From: an uncultured Gemmatimonadales bacterium
GTDB taxonomy: Bacteria > Gemmatimonadota > Gemmatimonadetes > Gemmatimonadales > GWC2-71-9
Length of the DNA: 64,000 nucleotides
Direction: 5' to 3'
NCBI GenBank assembly: GCA_963798915.1
Contig: CAWCVB010000006.1
Coordinates: forward strand, 150,856-214,855
The notes beneath the pieces were generated by a model. The model saw nothing but the letters and a program-made list of their open reading frames with translations, made no database searches and was not told where the DNA came from. Made by a program: the position numbers and the translations under genes. Shown piece after piece: positions 48,615 through 57,585 of the stretch; the stretch's first letter is position 1, and each line of letters starts with the position of its first letter.

Positions 48615-50960
48615 CTACTCATCCACTCGTTCGACCGCGGATTCCGGCACCCAACCGGAATGACCAGCCACGTCGACCAGCCACCAGCCCGCACGCCGGC
48701 GGCGCAGTGACGCCGTCGTGCCGGGCGGCAGCATGCTCACTTCCGGGGCGCGACCGTGCGGTGATAGTCGCATCGGGCCTTCGTCCACGATGATGGCGGT
48801 TGGCCGATGGTATCTGGCAGCGACCTGCGCCGCGCCCAGGCCCGCGATAACCGCGACGCTCAACAGCATCACGGCCCGGAGGCGGAACCGGCGTCGATCG
48901 ACAAAGACGAACGTCCAGCCAGTCAGCCAGGCGGCCAGGGCCAGCAGGCTCAATTCGTCTGGCGTCAGCGGCGCAACCCAGGTCATCCGTCGCGACCAGG
49001 AATCCGGCCCAGGTACAAGCGTCAGTGCCCGGCGAATGCTCGCTCGGCGCGGTCGCAACCGGGCGGCGTGCAGCCAGGCCGCGCGGGCTCGGGCGTCCGA
49101 GCCGAGCCGGTACTCGGCGGCGCCCAGTCCATACCAGTCGGCCGCGCTGGCATCCAGCGAGTGCGCCCGACGGGCAAAGCCCTCCGCCGCGGCCCGATAC
49201 GCTCCGGAGGCGTACAGCGATTCTGGTCCCGGAACCTGGGGGTGCAGCGCCATCGGCGCGATCAATGCCAGTGGCACGAGCATGCCGAGCAGCCGGCGGC
49301 CCCGCCGCTCACGATGGCGCGCCTCGCCGCCCACGGCTCGCGTCAGCTCATCCATTTCCTGCGCGAGCTGTGCCTCGGTGGATCCTTCGCCTCTGTGGCC
49401 GTAGCGCACGGCAAGAAATTCATCGCGCACCGCGGCAATGCGCCGCGCGAGCGCGGCATCGAGCCCCGCCGCACGCAGCGCCGAGGTGAGGGCCGGGCCG
49501 GTGCGGACGTCCGCATCCGGTACCAGTGCCCGTAGCGCCGCGAGCAGGCGCCGGTCGGAGCGTGGCAGGTCGGGTGCGAGGTCGCTGGCCCGCCGGCGAA
49601 AACGTCCGTGGTACCAGTCGCGCGTTTCCAGCCCGCCCCAGAGCGCCAGGGGGAGCAGGGCCAGGAGCAGCCACACAGGCAGCGGCACGCCACGCCAGAC
49701 GGACCGGGCAATGGGCCTGTGCCCAACCTGAAACAGCGGTGGGGGTGAGGGACGAGAAGCTTCGCTCTCGGAAGCCGGAGCGACATTGATGATCGCAGCC
49801 GGCGCGGTCAGGGTGTGGTAGGTTGCATCACCCAAGTCAAAATACGAATACTGAAGCCCGTGCAGGCGAAGCGGTCCGGCCGAATCGGGAAGTGCCAGAT
49901 ACCTGAAGGTCTTGGTGCCTCCCAGCAGACCGTCGTTGCTCTCCATGCGATCGTCGGCGCGATCCTGGTAGTGCCGCAGTGTGACCGGCCACTCGATGCC
50001 GGGCGCCGGCCACAGCGCAACATTGCCGCTCCCCGCGAGGCGGACTTCGACCGGGACCACCTGCCCCGCGCTGCCCGTGGCGGGTACGGTGCGTTCGAGG
50101 CGAAGATGGCGTCCCACGGCGCCGGCAAAACCGGACGGGCGACCAGCGTCCGGCAACGGCCGAACCGTCAGCTGTGCGGAGTTGCTCTCGAGCGAATACC
50201 GCTCTTCCTGACTGAAGAACTGCATGGCGACCGGGACGCTGTACTGCAGGGTCGCCTTCGCGATATCCACGCTCCCCGGCACCAGCGGAAACACGATCTG
50301 GTACGACACGAACAGGTCGTACCAGGTATCGCCCACTTTTCGGCTATCGGCGATTCCGGGCGGCGTCGGCTGGGGATAACTCCAGACCCCGGACAATGAG
50401 GGTGGCGTGAGCGTCGGTGGCCGGCGAAGCCGTGCTCGCAGGTCGCGCGGAAACCAGGCGGCGGTGACCACGTCCACTTGCTCGCCGACGTAGATACGAT
50501 CGGCGGAAATGAGCAGCGTCAGTTCGGGTTGGCCGGCGTGCCGCGGTGGCGGCGCTCTGCGCAGCATGGCGAGGAGTCGTGGATTGAGGGCCGGTGCGCT
50601 ACCGGACCCGGCCTGGACCTGCACCGAAACGAAGCCGGTCTTGGCCCGGCGTCCCGACTGCTCGATCTCGAACGGTCCCAGCCGGAAGGTCCCCGCCCTG
50701 AGGGCGCTGAGTTCCAGCTCCAGCGTCGTGGTACGCGCGGTCGAGTCGCTGACGGCCACGGCCGTCTGCTCGCTGCGCGCAAGCACCTGGAAGCCATCGA
50801 GGGACGGAAGAATCACCCGAATTGGTGCCGACGAGCGGCTGGTCGCGGTCACGGTCAGCGTCAGATCCTCGCCGACGGCCAGCCGCGAGCGATCAAGCGT
50901 GGCCGTCACCGTGGGCGCCTGGCCCTGGAACGCGACCAGCAACAGGAGGCCGATCACCAA
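48615..50960 (-). CDS. BatD-like protein fused to TPR, TM segments and a C-terminal SH3 domain (BatD-BatE type)
   Basis: N-terminal BatD-like Ig-type repeats (..TVTATLDRSRLAVGEDLTLTVTA..). A mid-protein TPR-like segment, then the C-terminal ..GWWLVDVAGHSGWVPESAVERV, an SH3-like tail. Last gene of the moxR operon. Confidence 0.7.
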   Translation of the reverse strand: MVIGLLLLVAFQGQAPTVTATLDRSRLAVGEDLTLTVTATSRSSAPIRVILPSLDGFQVLARSEQTAVAVSDSTARTTTLELELSALRAGTFRLGPFEIEQSGRRAKTGFVSVQVQAGSGSAPALNPRLLAMLRRAPPPRHAGQPELTLLISADRIYVGEQVDVVTAAWFPRDLRARLRRPPTLTPPSLSGVWSYPQPTPPGIADSRKVGDTWYDLFVSYQIVFPLVPGSVDIAKATLQYSVPVAMQFFSQEERYSLESNSAQLTVRPLPDAGRPSGFAGAVGRHLRLERTVPATGSAGQVVPVEVRLAGSGNVALWPAPGIEWPVTLRHYQDRADDRMESNDGLLGGTKTFRYLALPDSAGPLRLHGLQYSYFDLGDATYHTLTAPAAIINVAPASESEASRPSPPPLFQVGHRPIARSVWRGVPLPVWLLLALLPLALWGGLETRDWYHGRFRRRASDLAPDLPRSDRRLLAALRALVPDADVRTGPALTSALRAAGLDAALARRIAAVRDEFLAVRYGHRGEGSTEAQLAQEMDELTRAVGGEARHRERRGRRLLGMLVPLALIAPMALHPQVPGPESLYASGAYRAAAEGFARRAHSLDASAADWYGLGAAEYRLGSDARARAAWLHAARLRPRRASIRRALTLVPGPDSWSRRMTWVAPLTPDELSLLALAAWLTGWTFVFVDRRRFRLRAVMLLSVAVIAGLGAAQVAARYHRPTAIIVDEGPMRLSPHGRAPEVSMLPPGTTASLRRRRAGWWLVDVAGHSGWVPESAVERVDE

Positions 50961-52576
50961 TCCTTCACTCCCGAGGCGCTGCTTTGCATCCGGCGCTGCT
51001 GGTCGGCACGCGTCTGTCGTTCCTCGCGTGACATCGATTCGAGAATCTGCTCCGCCTGTGCCTGCGTCATGCCGCCGCTCGAGGGAGGAGGTGGCTGCGG
51101 CGTGCCTCCGCCTCCACCACCTCCACCGCCGCCACCGCCACCGGACTGGGGAGGCGGCTCCGGCGGACGAAGCCGCTCAGCCAGCTCGAGGTTCCACTTG
51201 GCCCGGGCCGAACCGGGCTCGAGCAGCAATGCCTGCCGCAGATTGGCGGTCGCAGACTCCAACAGCTTGGAGCGCGCGCTGCTGTCGGCCCGCGCCGCAA
51301 GCAGGTCCACCACGCCAAGATTATAGAGTGCGCGATAGCGGAGCGACGGGTCCAGCGACCTGGCCGCTTCGCCGAGCGCCCGGCGTGCCACGTCCATCCG
51401 GCCGGCACGCAGGGCCGCCGTCCCGGCATTGTAGAACGCCGTGTCACGCGCCACGGCCCCGGCCGCTGCGTCGAGAAACGCCTTCGCTGCCTCGTCCGGC
51501 TGGCCCTGGGCCATGGCGCGGGCGCCGGCTGAGGGACGCTGCGCCAGCAGGCTCGGGGGGCGTGCCATCAACAGGGCGAGAGCGAGCAGTGAGGCCCCAC
51601 GCCGGCTTAAAGTCTGCAGCAGCAGCAGCACCGCCGCGGCGAGCAGCGGGATCCACGCGCGAGGCAGCAGGTCGCTGGCGCGGGTCTCGGTCGTGGGGCT
51701 GCGCTTGAAATTGGCCAGCAGGCCGCGTACGGCACCCGCCTGGTCGGGCGCGTCAGCAGGCACCAGCGTTCCGTCGCTTGCCTCGGCCAGCCGCTCGAGC
51801 ACTTCATCGACCCGGCGAGTCTCGACCGGAACGCCACTCTGGTCGAGCTTGTATTCGACCAGTGTGCCGGCGCTGTCCCGGATCGGGATTCGCACCGGAG
51901 CGGACCCACCTTCCGCCACGAACACCACGCGGATGTGCTGTGCCCTCAATTCGGCGGCAGCCTCGACTGCCGAGGCAAGGCTGTCGTGCATCTCTCCATC
52001 GGTGAAGATCACCAGGACGCGGTCTCCCACTTCTCCTGATGCCAGCAGCAGTTGCCCGCCCTGGGAAAGCACGGCGCTGAGGTTGGTGCCGCCAGTACTG
52101 GCCAGGTCCGGGTCGAGGGCGTCCAGGTACATCCGGACCGCGCCGCCATCGACCGTCAGCGGCGTCAGGATGTAGCTGCTGCCCGCGAAGGCAATGACGC
52201 CCAGGCGGTCGCCACGGCTGTCCTGAACCAGGCGTCGTGCCTCCCGCAACGCTCGCTCGAGGCGACTGGGTGAGGCATCTTCCGCCAGCATGGAGCGGCT
52301 GATGTCCACAGCAAGCACGAGACTCAGGGCGTGCGATTCGGTGGTCACGCGAGCTTGGCCGCCCCGCGGCCCGGCCAGCGCGGTCAGCCCCAGCAGCACC
52401 ACCAAGGCGAGCAGTGGCGCCGTCCATCGACTGCTGCGCCCCGTGCGCGCCGCCAGGTCGGGCGACCAGGCCCTGGCGAGCCGGATTCTTTTTCGGCGAG
52501 CCAGCAGCAGCCACACCCCGACGACGATGGCGACCAGGGGCGCGACGAACAGCAGCGCGGGTGATTCGAAGATCAT
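50954..52576 (-). CDS. VWA-domain membrane protein fused to TPR repeats (BatB-BatC type) with a Pro/Gly linker
   Basis: Two N-terminal TM segments, then a VWA domain (LVLAVDISRSM...GTNL..). These are followed by TPR-like repeats, PPEPPPQSG(12)TPQPPPPSSGG and a charged tail. Confidence 0.75.
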   Translation of the reverse strand: MIFESPALLFVAPLVAIVVGVWLLLARRKRIRLARAWSPDLAARTGRSSRWTAPLLALVVLLGLTALAGPRGGQARVTTESHALSLVLAVDISRSMLAEDASPSRLERALREARRLVQDSRGDRLGVIAFAGSSYILTPLTVDGGAVRMYLDALDPDLASTGGTNLSAVLSQGGQLLLASGEVGDRVLVIFTDGEMHDSLASAVEAAAELRAQHIRVVFVAEGGSAPVRIPIRDSAGTLVEYKLDQSGVPVETRRVDEVLERLAEASDGTLVPADAPDQAGAVRGLLANFKRSPTTETRASDLLPRAWIPLLAAAVLLLLQTLSRRGASLLALALLMARPPSLLAQRPSAGARAMAQGQPDEAAKAFLDAAAGAVARDTAFYNAGTAALRAGRMDVARRALGEAARSLDPSLRYRALYNLGVVDLLAARADSSARSKLLESATANLRQALLLEPGSARAKWNLELAERLRPPEPPPQSGGGGGGGGGGGGGTPQPPPPSSGGMTQAQAEQILESMSREERQTRADQQRRMQSSASGVKDW

Positions 52577-53544
52577 GGCAGACGCACCAGGACCGTGGTG
52601 CCCAGGAGCAGCTCCAGCAGCAGCGCGCCGAGGGCGACGAGAATGAGCGGTCGAGTGGCCTCGTCCAGCCGGGTGTAGCGAGTGATCTGGATCGGCGATT
52701 TTTCCAGCTGATCAATCTGCTGAAAGATCCGACTCAACGCCTCGCTGTCAGTGGCACGGAAGTACCGCCCGCCGGTGCTCTGTGCGATGCTCCGCATCAG
52801 CGGTTCGTCGATGCGCACCGGCAGCATCTCATAGCGGAATCCTCCCACGCCCCGGCCAGTCGGAATCGGGGCCTCCCCGATCGTGCCGACGCCAATCGTG
52901 TACACCTTGATGCCGTACGCGGCCGCTGTCTCGGCCGCGGTGCGCGGATCGATCAGGCCCCGATTGTTCTCGCCGTCTGTCAGCAACAGCACCACGCGCG
53001 ACTTGTCCGGGCTGCGCCGCAGCCGGTTCACCGCAACGGCCAGCCCGCTTCCGATCGCCGTGCCATCCTCGAGCGAACCAATCTTGAGTCCCATGATGGC
53101 CTGCTCGACCACGGGGTAGTCCAGCGACAGCGGCACCTGGGTGAGCGCCTCACCGGCGAAGGCGACCAACCCAATGCGGTCTGCCTGGCGGCCCTTCACG
53201 AAACCTACGGCCTGCTGCTTCGCAACCTCGAGCCGATTGCTGGGCGCGAAGTCCTCAGCCAGCATGCTGCTCGAAATGTCGACGGCGATGACAATCGAGA
53301 TGCCCTCCTGGTGCACCTCGACGGCGTCGCCGCCAAGGCGGGGACCAGCGGCGCCGATGATCATGGCCAGAAGCGCGACCGACCGCAGCACGGGCGGCGC
53401 CTTGCTCCACCATGGCGAACGCGCGACCGCGGCCGGGAGCGACGTATCGCTGTACGGCACGCTCTCGCCAATGCGACGCCGTTTCCATAGCCACAACGGG
53501 ATCAGGGCAAGAAGCACCAGCAGCAATGGGCGCGCAAAGCTCAT
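52573..53544 (-). CDS. VWA-domain membrane protein (BatA type)
   Basis: N-terminal TMs, then VIAVDISSSMLAEDF.P.NRLE.AK......F......DRIGLV.FAG.A....PL..D and a C-terminal TM. Confidence 0.8.
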   Translation of the reverse strand: MSFARPLLLVLLALIPLWLWKRRRIGESVPYSDTSLPAAVARSPWWSKAPPVLRSVALLAMIIGAAGPRLGGDAVEVHQEGISIVIAVDISSSMLAEDFAPSNRLEVAKQQAVGFVKGRQADRIGLVAFAGEALTQVPLSLDYPVVEQAIMGLKIGSLEDGTAIGSGLAVAVNRLRRSPDKSRVVLLLTDGENNRGLIDPRTAAETAAAYGIKVYTIGVGTIGEAPIPTGRGVGGFRYEMLPVRIDEPLMRSIAQSTGGRYFRATDSEALSRIFQQIDQLEKSPIQITRYTRLDEATRPLILVALGALLLELLLGTTVLVRLP

Positions 53545-54341
53545 GCGGACTCACCGCCGACCCGCTCGGCCAGCGCCATGCTGGCGTCATGCAGTTCCAG
53601 GACTTCGTCGGGCGTACCGGGGGCAAAGCGCGCTGCATCGAGCGCCGCAAGCACCCGAGCCAGGTCGGCCACCGGCCAGTCCTGCTCGCTCTGCTCGACC
53701 ATCGCAATACAGGCGGCGGTGTCGAGTCCTTCGTGCGCCTCTGGCAGGCGCGCTGCGATGGCACGCCGGAGGCGCGCTGCCGCCGCCGCAAGCACCGACC
53801 GCGCCTCGCCGGCTTCCGCCCACTGCGCCGCGGGGATGACCCCGGGCGACGGAGGGATCGGCACGGGCAGGGGCTGACCCCGCCGGCGCCAGAACCAATG
53901 CAGTGGAACGAGCAGCAGGAGTGCGAGGGCCGCCAACAGCACCAGTGGCAGGAAGTCGATCGAACGGCGAGCGACGATCCCCGCCTCCGGCTGGGGCCGC
54001 AAGTTCCGGAGGGGCTTGTCCGGAAGGGTGCGCCGGACGACAAACCGCGCCGTGGTGGGCGGGAGGGTGTCAAGCGATCCGTCGGGCGCGAGCAGTTCCG
54101 GCGCCGGCACGCGCACCTCGTGTGGGCCCGGCGTCCAGGCCACCATCGGGGCCCGCAACACCGCACTGTCGCCCCGGACTTCGACTGTCGGCCGGGCCAG
54201 CAATTCCACGTCACCGGACAGCTCCCACTGCGGCACGCGCGTGGTGTAGCCGCTCGGCAACGGGACCGCCCTGCGGGCCCAGACCGTGTCACCGACCGTG
54301 GGACCCTGCGCGGCCTGGAGCAGCAGCAGGAGCGCAATCAT
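53541..54341 (-). CDS. Hypothetical membrane protein of the Bat operon (DUF4381-like position)
   Basis: Signal-like N-terminus and a central TM (FLPLVLLAALALLLLVPLHWFW). 4-nt overlaps on both sides. Confidence 0.5.
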   Translation of the reverse strand: MIALLLLLQAAQGPTVGDTVWARRAVPLPSGYTTRVPQWELSGDVELLARPTVEVRGDSAVLRAPMVAWTPGPHEVRVPAPELLAPDGSLDTLPPTTARFVVRRTLPDKPLRNLRPQPEAGIVARRSIDFLPLVLLAALALLLLVPLHWFWRRRGQPLPVPIPPSPGVIPAAQWAEAGEARSVLAAAAARLRRAIAARLPEAHEGLDTAACIAMVEQSEQDWPVADLARVLAALDAARFAPGTPDEVLELHDASMALAERVGGESA

Positions 54342-55225
54342 CCGCGACGAAGCCGCCGCGCCCTCAGGGCGAAGGCGCGCCGGAGCGGCAAGGCGTAATC
54401 ACGGTCCGTGCTCAGCATCACCGAATCCACGCCAGTCGCGGCGAGCAGCCGGGTGCGTTCTTCACGGCGCCGATCGGTGAGCAGCTGCAGGCGTTCCCTG
54501 ACCTGACGGCTGCCGGTGTCGAGCAGCACCCGCTGCCCCGTCTCCGCATCGGCGAGCTCCAGCCAGCCGGCATCCGGCAGGGTCCGCTCCCGCGGGTCCT
54601 CGACGGCGATCGCCACGACTTCGTGGCGCGCGGCCAGGCGACGCAGTGGCCGCTCCCATCCGTCCGCCAGAAAATCGGAGAGCACGACCACGATGCTTCG
54701 GTGACGCAGCAGGCGGGTGGCATAGGACAGCCCCGCCGCAAGGTTGGTGTGGCGGCCGGCGGGCGCGAAGGCGATGAGGTCACGAATGACGCGAAGCGCA
54801 TGGCGGCGTCCCTTCCGGGGAGGGATGACTCGCTCAACGGCGTCCGTGAACAGCAAGGCGCCCACCCGGTCGTTCTGCGCTGCCGCCGCCAACGCCAGCA
54901 CGGCGCCAACTTCGACGGCGAGCGCCGCCTTGGTCATGGGGCGGCCGAAACGGGTCGAGCCCGACTGATCCACCAGCAGCATGACCGTCAGCTCGCGTTC
55001 CTCCGTGAAGGTCTTCACGAACGGGCTCGCCAGCCGTGCCGACACGTTCCAGTCTATCGCACGAAAATCGTCTCCCGGCTCGTAGGCGCGCACTTCGGCG
55101 AACTCCATGCCCTGGCCCCGAAACAGCGACCGGTACTCGCCCGCGAAGAGCGAGGTGACCAGACCCCGGGTGCGGAGTTCGATCGCCTTGACCTGCTGGA
55201 GGACGTCGGGGGAGACTGTGGGCAT
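54338..55225 (-). CDS. DUF58 domain protein (MoxR-associated)
   Basis: ..VKAIELRTRGLV...F.GEYRS.FRGQGMEFAEVR.Y.PGDD.R.IDWNVSAR is canonical DUF58. Confidence 0.85.
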   Translation of the reverse strand: MPTVSPDVLQQVKAIELRTRGLVTSLFAGEYRSLFRGQGMEFAEVRAYEPGDDFRAIDWNVSARLASPFVKTFTEERELTVMLLVDQSGSTRFGRPMTKAALAVEVGAVLALAAAAQNDRVGALLFTDAVERVIPPRKGRRHALRVIRDLIAFAPAGRHTNLAAGLSYATRLLRHRSIVVVLSDFLADGWERPLRRLAARHEVVAIAVEDPRERTLPDAGWLELADAETGQRVLLDTGSRQVRERLQLLTDRRREERTRLLAATGVDSVMLSTDRDYALPLRRAFALRARRLRRG

Positions 55226-55232
55226 CGAATGG

Positions 55233-55302
55233 GGGCCGTGGGTCGCGGGTCGTGGGCCGCGAGTCGTGGGTCACGAGACCCGAGACTCGGGGCCCGGGAC
55301 CT
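55233..55302. repeat. Ten tandem heptads GRGNCNN (GGGCCGT GGGTCGC GGGTCGT GGGCCGC GAGTCGT GGGTCAC GAGACCC GAGACTC GGGGCCC GGGACCT)
   Basis: Read directly from the + strand. G at positions 1 and 3 and C at position 5 in all ten units. It fills the moxR-DUF58 spacer. Confidence 0.85.
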
Positions 55303-56267
55303 CAGGGAGCCTTGACCGCTTCCAGCAGGCGGGTCACGACGTCGTCGCTGGAGACGTTCTCCGCTTCAGCTTCAAATGTGAGGACGATCCGGTGGCGCAG
55401 TACGTCGGGCGCCAGGGCGCGCACATCTTCGGGCACCACGTAATCGCGCCCGCGGAGGAAGGCATGCGCCCGCGCGCCCGAAGCCAGCGCCAGCGAGGCG
55501 CGCGGGGAGGCGCCAAACGCAATCAGCGCCTTGAGGTCCGCCAGGCCGACGCTGGCGGGATCGCGGGTTGCGCGCACCAGATCCACGACGTAGTCCATGA
55601 CTTTCTGGTCCATGTAGAGCTCGGCGATGCGACCCCGTGCCGCCATGATAGCGTCGGGATGGAGGAGACGCTTCACGTCGATGGCGTGGCCCGAACCCAT
55701 CCGCTCCAGGACCAGCCGTTCCTCATCGCGCGTGGGATAGAGCACCCGGACCTTCAGCATGAACCGGTCGAGCTGTGCCTCGGGCAGCGGATAGGTTCCT
55801 TCGTTCTCGATCGGGTTCTGGGTGGCCAGGACGAGAAACGGCTCGACCAGCTCGAACGTGGTGCCGCCGATGGTCACCTGCTGCTCCTGCATGGCCTCGA
55901 GCAGCGCTGCCTGCACCTTGGCGGGCGCGCGGTTGATTTCGTCGGCCAGGATGATATTGGCAAAGAGTGGTCCCTTCTTGACATAGAAGTCCTGACTCTT
56001 CTGGTCATACACCATCGTCCCGATCACATCAGCCGGCAGCAGGTCAGGCGTGAACTGGATGCGCGAAAAACTGACATTCACGATTTCCGCCAGCGTCCGC
56101 ACGGCGAGCGTCTTGGCCAGGCCGGGCACACCCTCGAGCAGGATATGCCCGCCGGTCAGGAGGCCGATCAGCAGGCGCTCGACCATCTCATCCTGGCCGA
56201 CAATCCGCTTGCCGACTTCGGCGGTTATCCGCTGTATCATCCCCGCTTCCATCACCGGCTCTGCCAT
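55302..56267 (-). CDS. MoxR-family AAA+ ATPase
   Basis: ..I.GQDEMVERLLIGLLTGGHILLEGVPGLAKT...LADEINRAP.K.Q.ALLEAMQE. Confidence 0.9.
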   Translation of the reverse strand: MAEPVMEAGMIQRITAEVGKRIVGQDEMVERLLIGLLTGGHILLEGVPGLAKTLAVRTLAEIVNVSFSRIQFTPDLLPADVIGTMVYDQKSQDFYVKKGPLFANIILADEINRAPAKVQAALLEAMQEQQVTIGGTTFELVEPFLVLATQNPIENEGTYPLPEAQLDRFMLKVRVLYPTRDEERLVLERMGSGHAIDVKRLLHPDAIMAARGRIAELYMDQKVMDYVVDLVRATRDPASVGLADLKALIAFGASPRASLALASGARAHAFLRGRDYVVPEDVRALAPDVLRHRIVLTFEAEAENVSSDDVVTRLLEAVKAP

Positions 56268-56269
56268 CG

Positions 56270-57001
56270 TCAGTCCTTGGTTGGATCCATGCGTATGGCT
56301 CGATAGAGCGCGCCCTCTTCGACGGGCGTGAGTGGCCGATACTCGCCCGGTGCGAGGTCACCGAGCCGCACCGGACCATAGCTCAGTCGCGCCAGGCGCT
56401 CGACTTTGAGTCCCATCGCCTCACACCAGCGCCGCACGATGCGGTTCCGCCCCTCGTGCAGCGTCACGTCCAGGATGCTCCGACCCTCTCGACCCGGACG
56501 CACCCTCACGTCCGAAGGTTCCACGCGGCGGCCGTCCAGTTCCACTGGCCGTCGCGCGAGCGCCTCGATCTCCGCCGTGCCCTGGCCGTGCACGAGCGCG
56601 CTGTATCGCCGGGGAATGTGGTATCGCGGGTGGGTCAGCCGGTGGACGGCCTCACCGTCGGTAGTCAGGAGCAGGAGCCCGGTCGTCATCACGTCCAGGC
56701 GACCGACGTAGGTGAGTCCGGCCGGATCGCGAATCAGGTCGAGCACCGACGACCGGCCCTGTTCGTCGTTCATGGTCGTGACGACGCCAAGTGGCTTGTG
56801 CAGGGCCAGCCACCGTCGTTCCACCAGTCGCACTGTCTTTCCCGAGACGGTGATCCGCTGGTGCGACGGGTCGACCTTGCTGCCGAGTTCCGCCACCTTG
56901 CCATCGACCTTGACCTTGCCGTCCCGGATCAACTCCTCGGCCGCGCGGCGCGAGGCGACACCCGCCCGGGCCAGAGCTCGCTGCAGTCGCATTTCGCTCA
57001 T
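56270..57001 (-). CDS. rluB: Pseudouridine synthase, RluB/RsuA family
   Basis: S4 domain (RLQRALARAGVASRR.AEELI..G.V.V.G), then the catalytic ..VGRLD..T.GLLLLT.DGE. Confidence 0.85.
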   Translation of the reverse strand: MSEMRLQRALARAGVASRRAAEELIRDGKVKVDGKVAELGSKVDPSHQRITVSGKTVRLVERRWLALHKPLGVVTTMNDEQGRSSVLDLIRDPAGLTYVGRLDVMTTGLLLLTTDGEAVHRLTHPRYHIPRRYSALVHGQGTAEIEALARRPVELDGRRVEPSDVRVRPGREGRSILDVTLHEGRNRIVRRWCEAMGLKVERLARLSYGPVRLGDLAPGEYRPLTPVEEGALYRAIRMDPTKD

Positions 57002-57585
57002 GACTCGGCCGGGATCGCCACCTCCGCCTCCTCAGCATGGTCCGCGTCCTGCGGCGCGTGCGGATGCAAGGCGATGCTGAGCTCCTCGGCCCGGGGCAGG
57101 TCCGCCAGGTCGCGGAGCCCAAGCAGCTCAAGAAAGAGCGGCGTGGTGCCGTACAGCAGCGGACGCCCCAGGCCCTCGGCCCGTCCCACCACTTCGATCA
57201 GTCCGCGTTCCTGCAGCGTGCGCAATACGCCGCCAGCCGAGACCCCACGGATCTCCTCGATTTCGGCCCGCCCGACCGGCTGCCGGTAGGAGATCACCGC
57301 CAGTGTCTCCAGCGTAGCAGCCGAAAGCCGCGGAGCGCGCTGCGAGAACTGGGCCCGCTCGATCGCCGCGGCATGGACGGGGCGACTGAGGATCTGGTAG
57401 CCACCGGCGAGCTCCACCAGCTCGACACCATGTTGGCCGAAGTCGTAGAGCTCGCGCAACTGCTCCAGCGCGGCCCGGACGTCCGCCAGCGACGCTTCCG
57501 CGTCCAGCAGGCAGAGTTCCTCGGCCGCCAGCGGTCGATTGGACGAAAACAGGGCGGCTTCAAGCAGCTGAGCGAGAGGAGTCAC
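56998..57585 (-). CDS. scpB: Segregation and condensation protein B
   Basis: ..LLEAALFSSNRPL....L...., ..GGYQ......., ..LS.A.LETLA.I.Y.QP..R.EIE.IRGV. Start is probably GTG 57585 (the track uses TTG 57606). Confidence 0.85.
   Translation of the reverse strand: MTPLAQLLEAALFSSNRPLAAEELCLLDAEASLADVRAALEQLRELYDFGQHGVELVELAGGYQILSRPVHAAAIERAQFSQRAPRLSAATLETLAVISYRQPVGRAEIEEIRGVSAGGVLRTLQERGLIEVVGRAEGLGRPLLYGTTPLFLELLGLRDLADLPRAEELSIALHPHAPQDADHAEEAEVAIPAES

Noticed and set aside
51100-51150. GGN/CCN-rich stretch as a phase-variable simple sequence repeat
   Set aside because: The codons are mixed (GGT/GGC/GGA, CCG/CCA/CCT), so there is no perfect homopolymer or short tandem repeat long enough for efficient slippage. 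It lies in frame inside a conserved operon gene.
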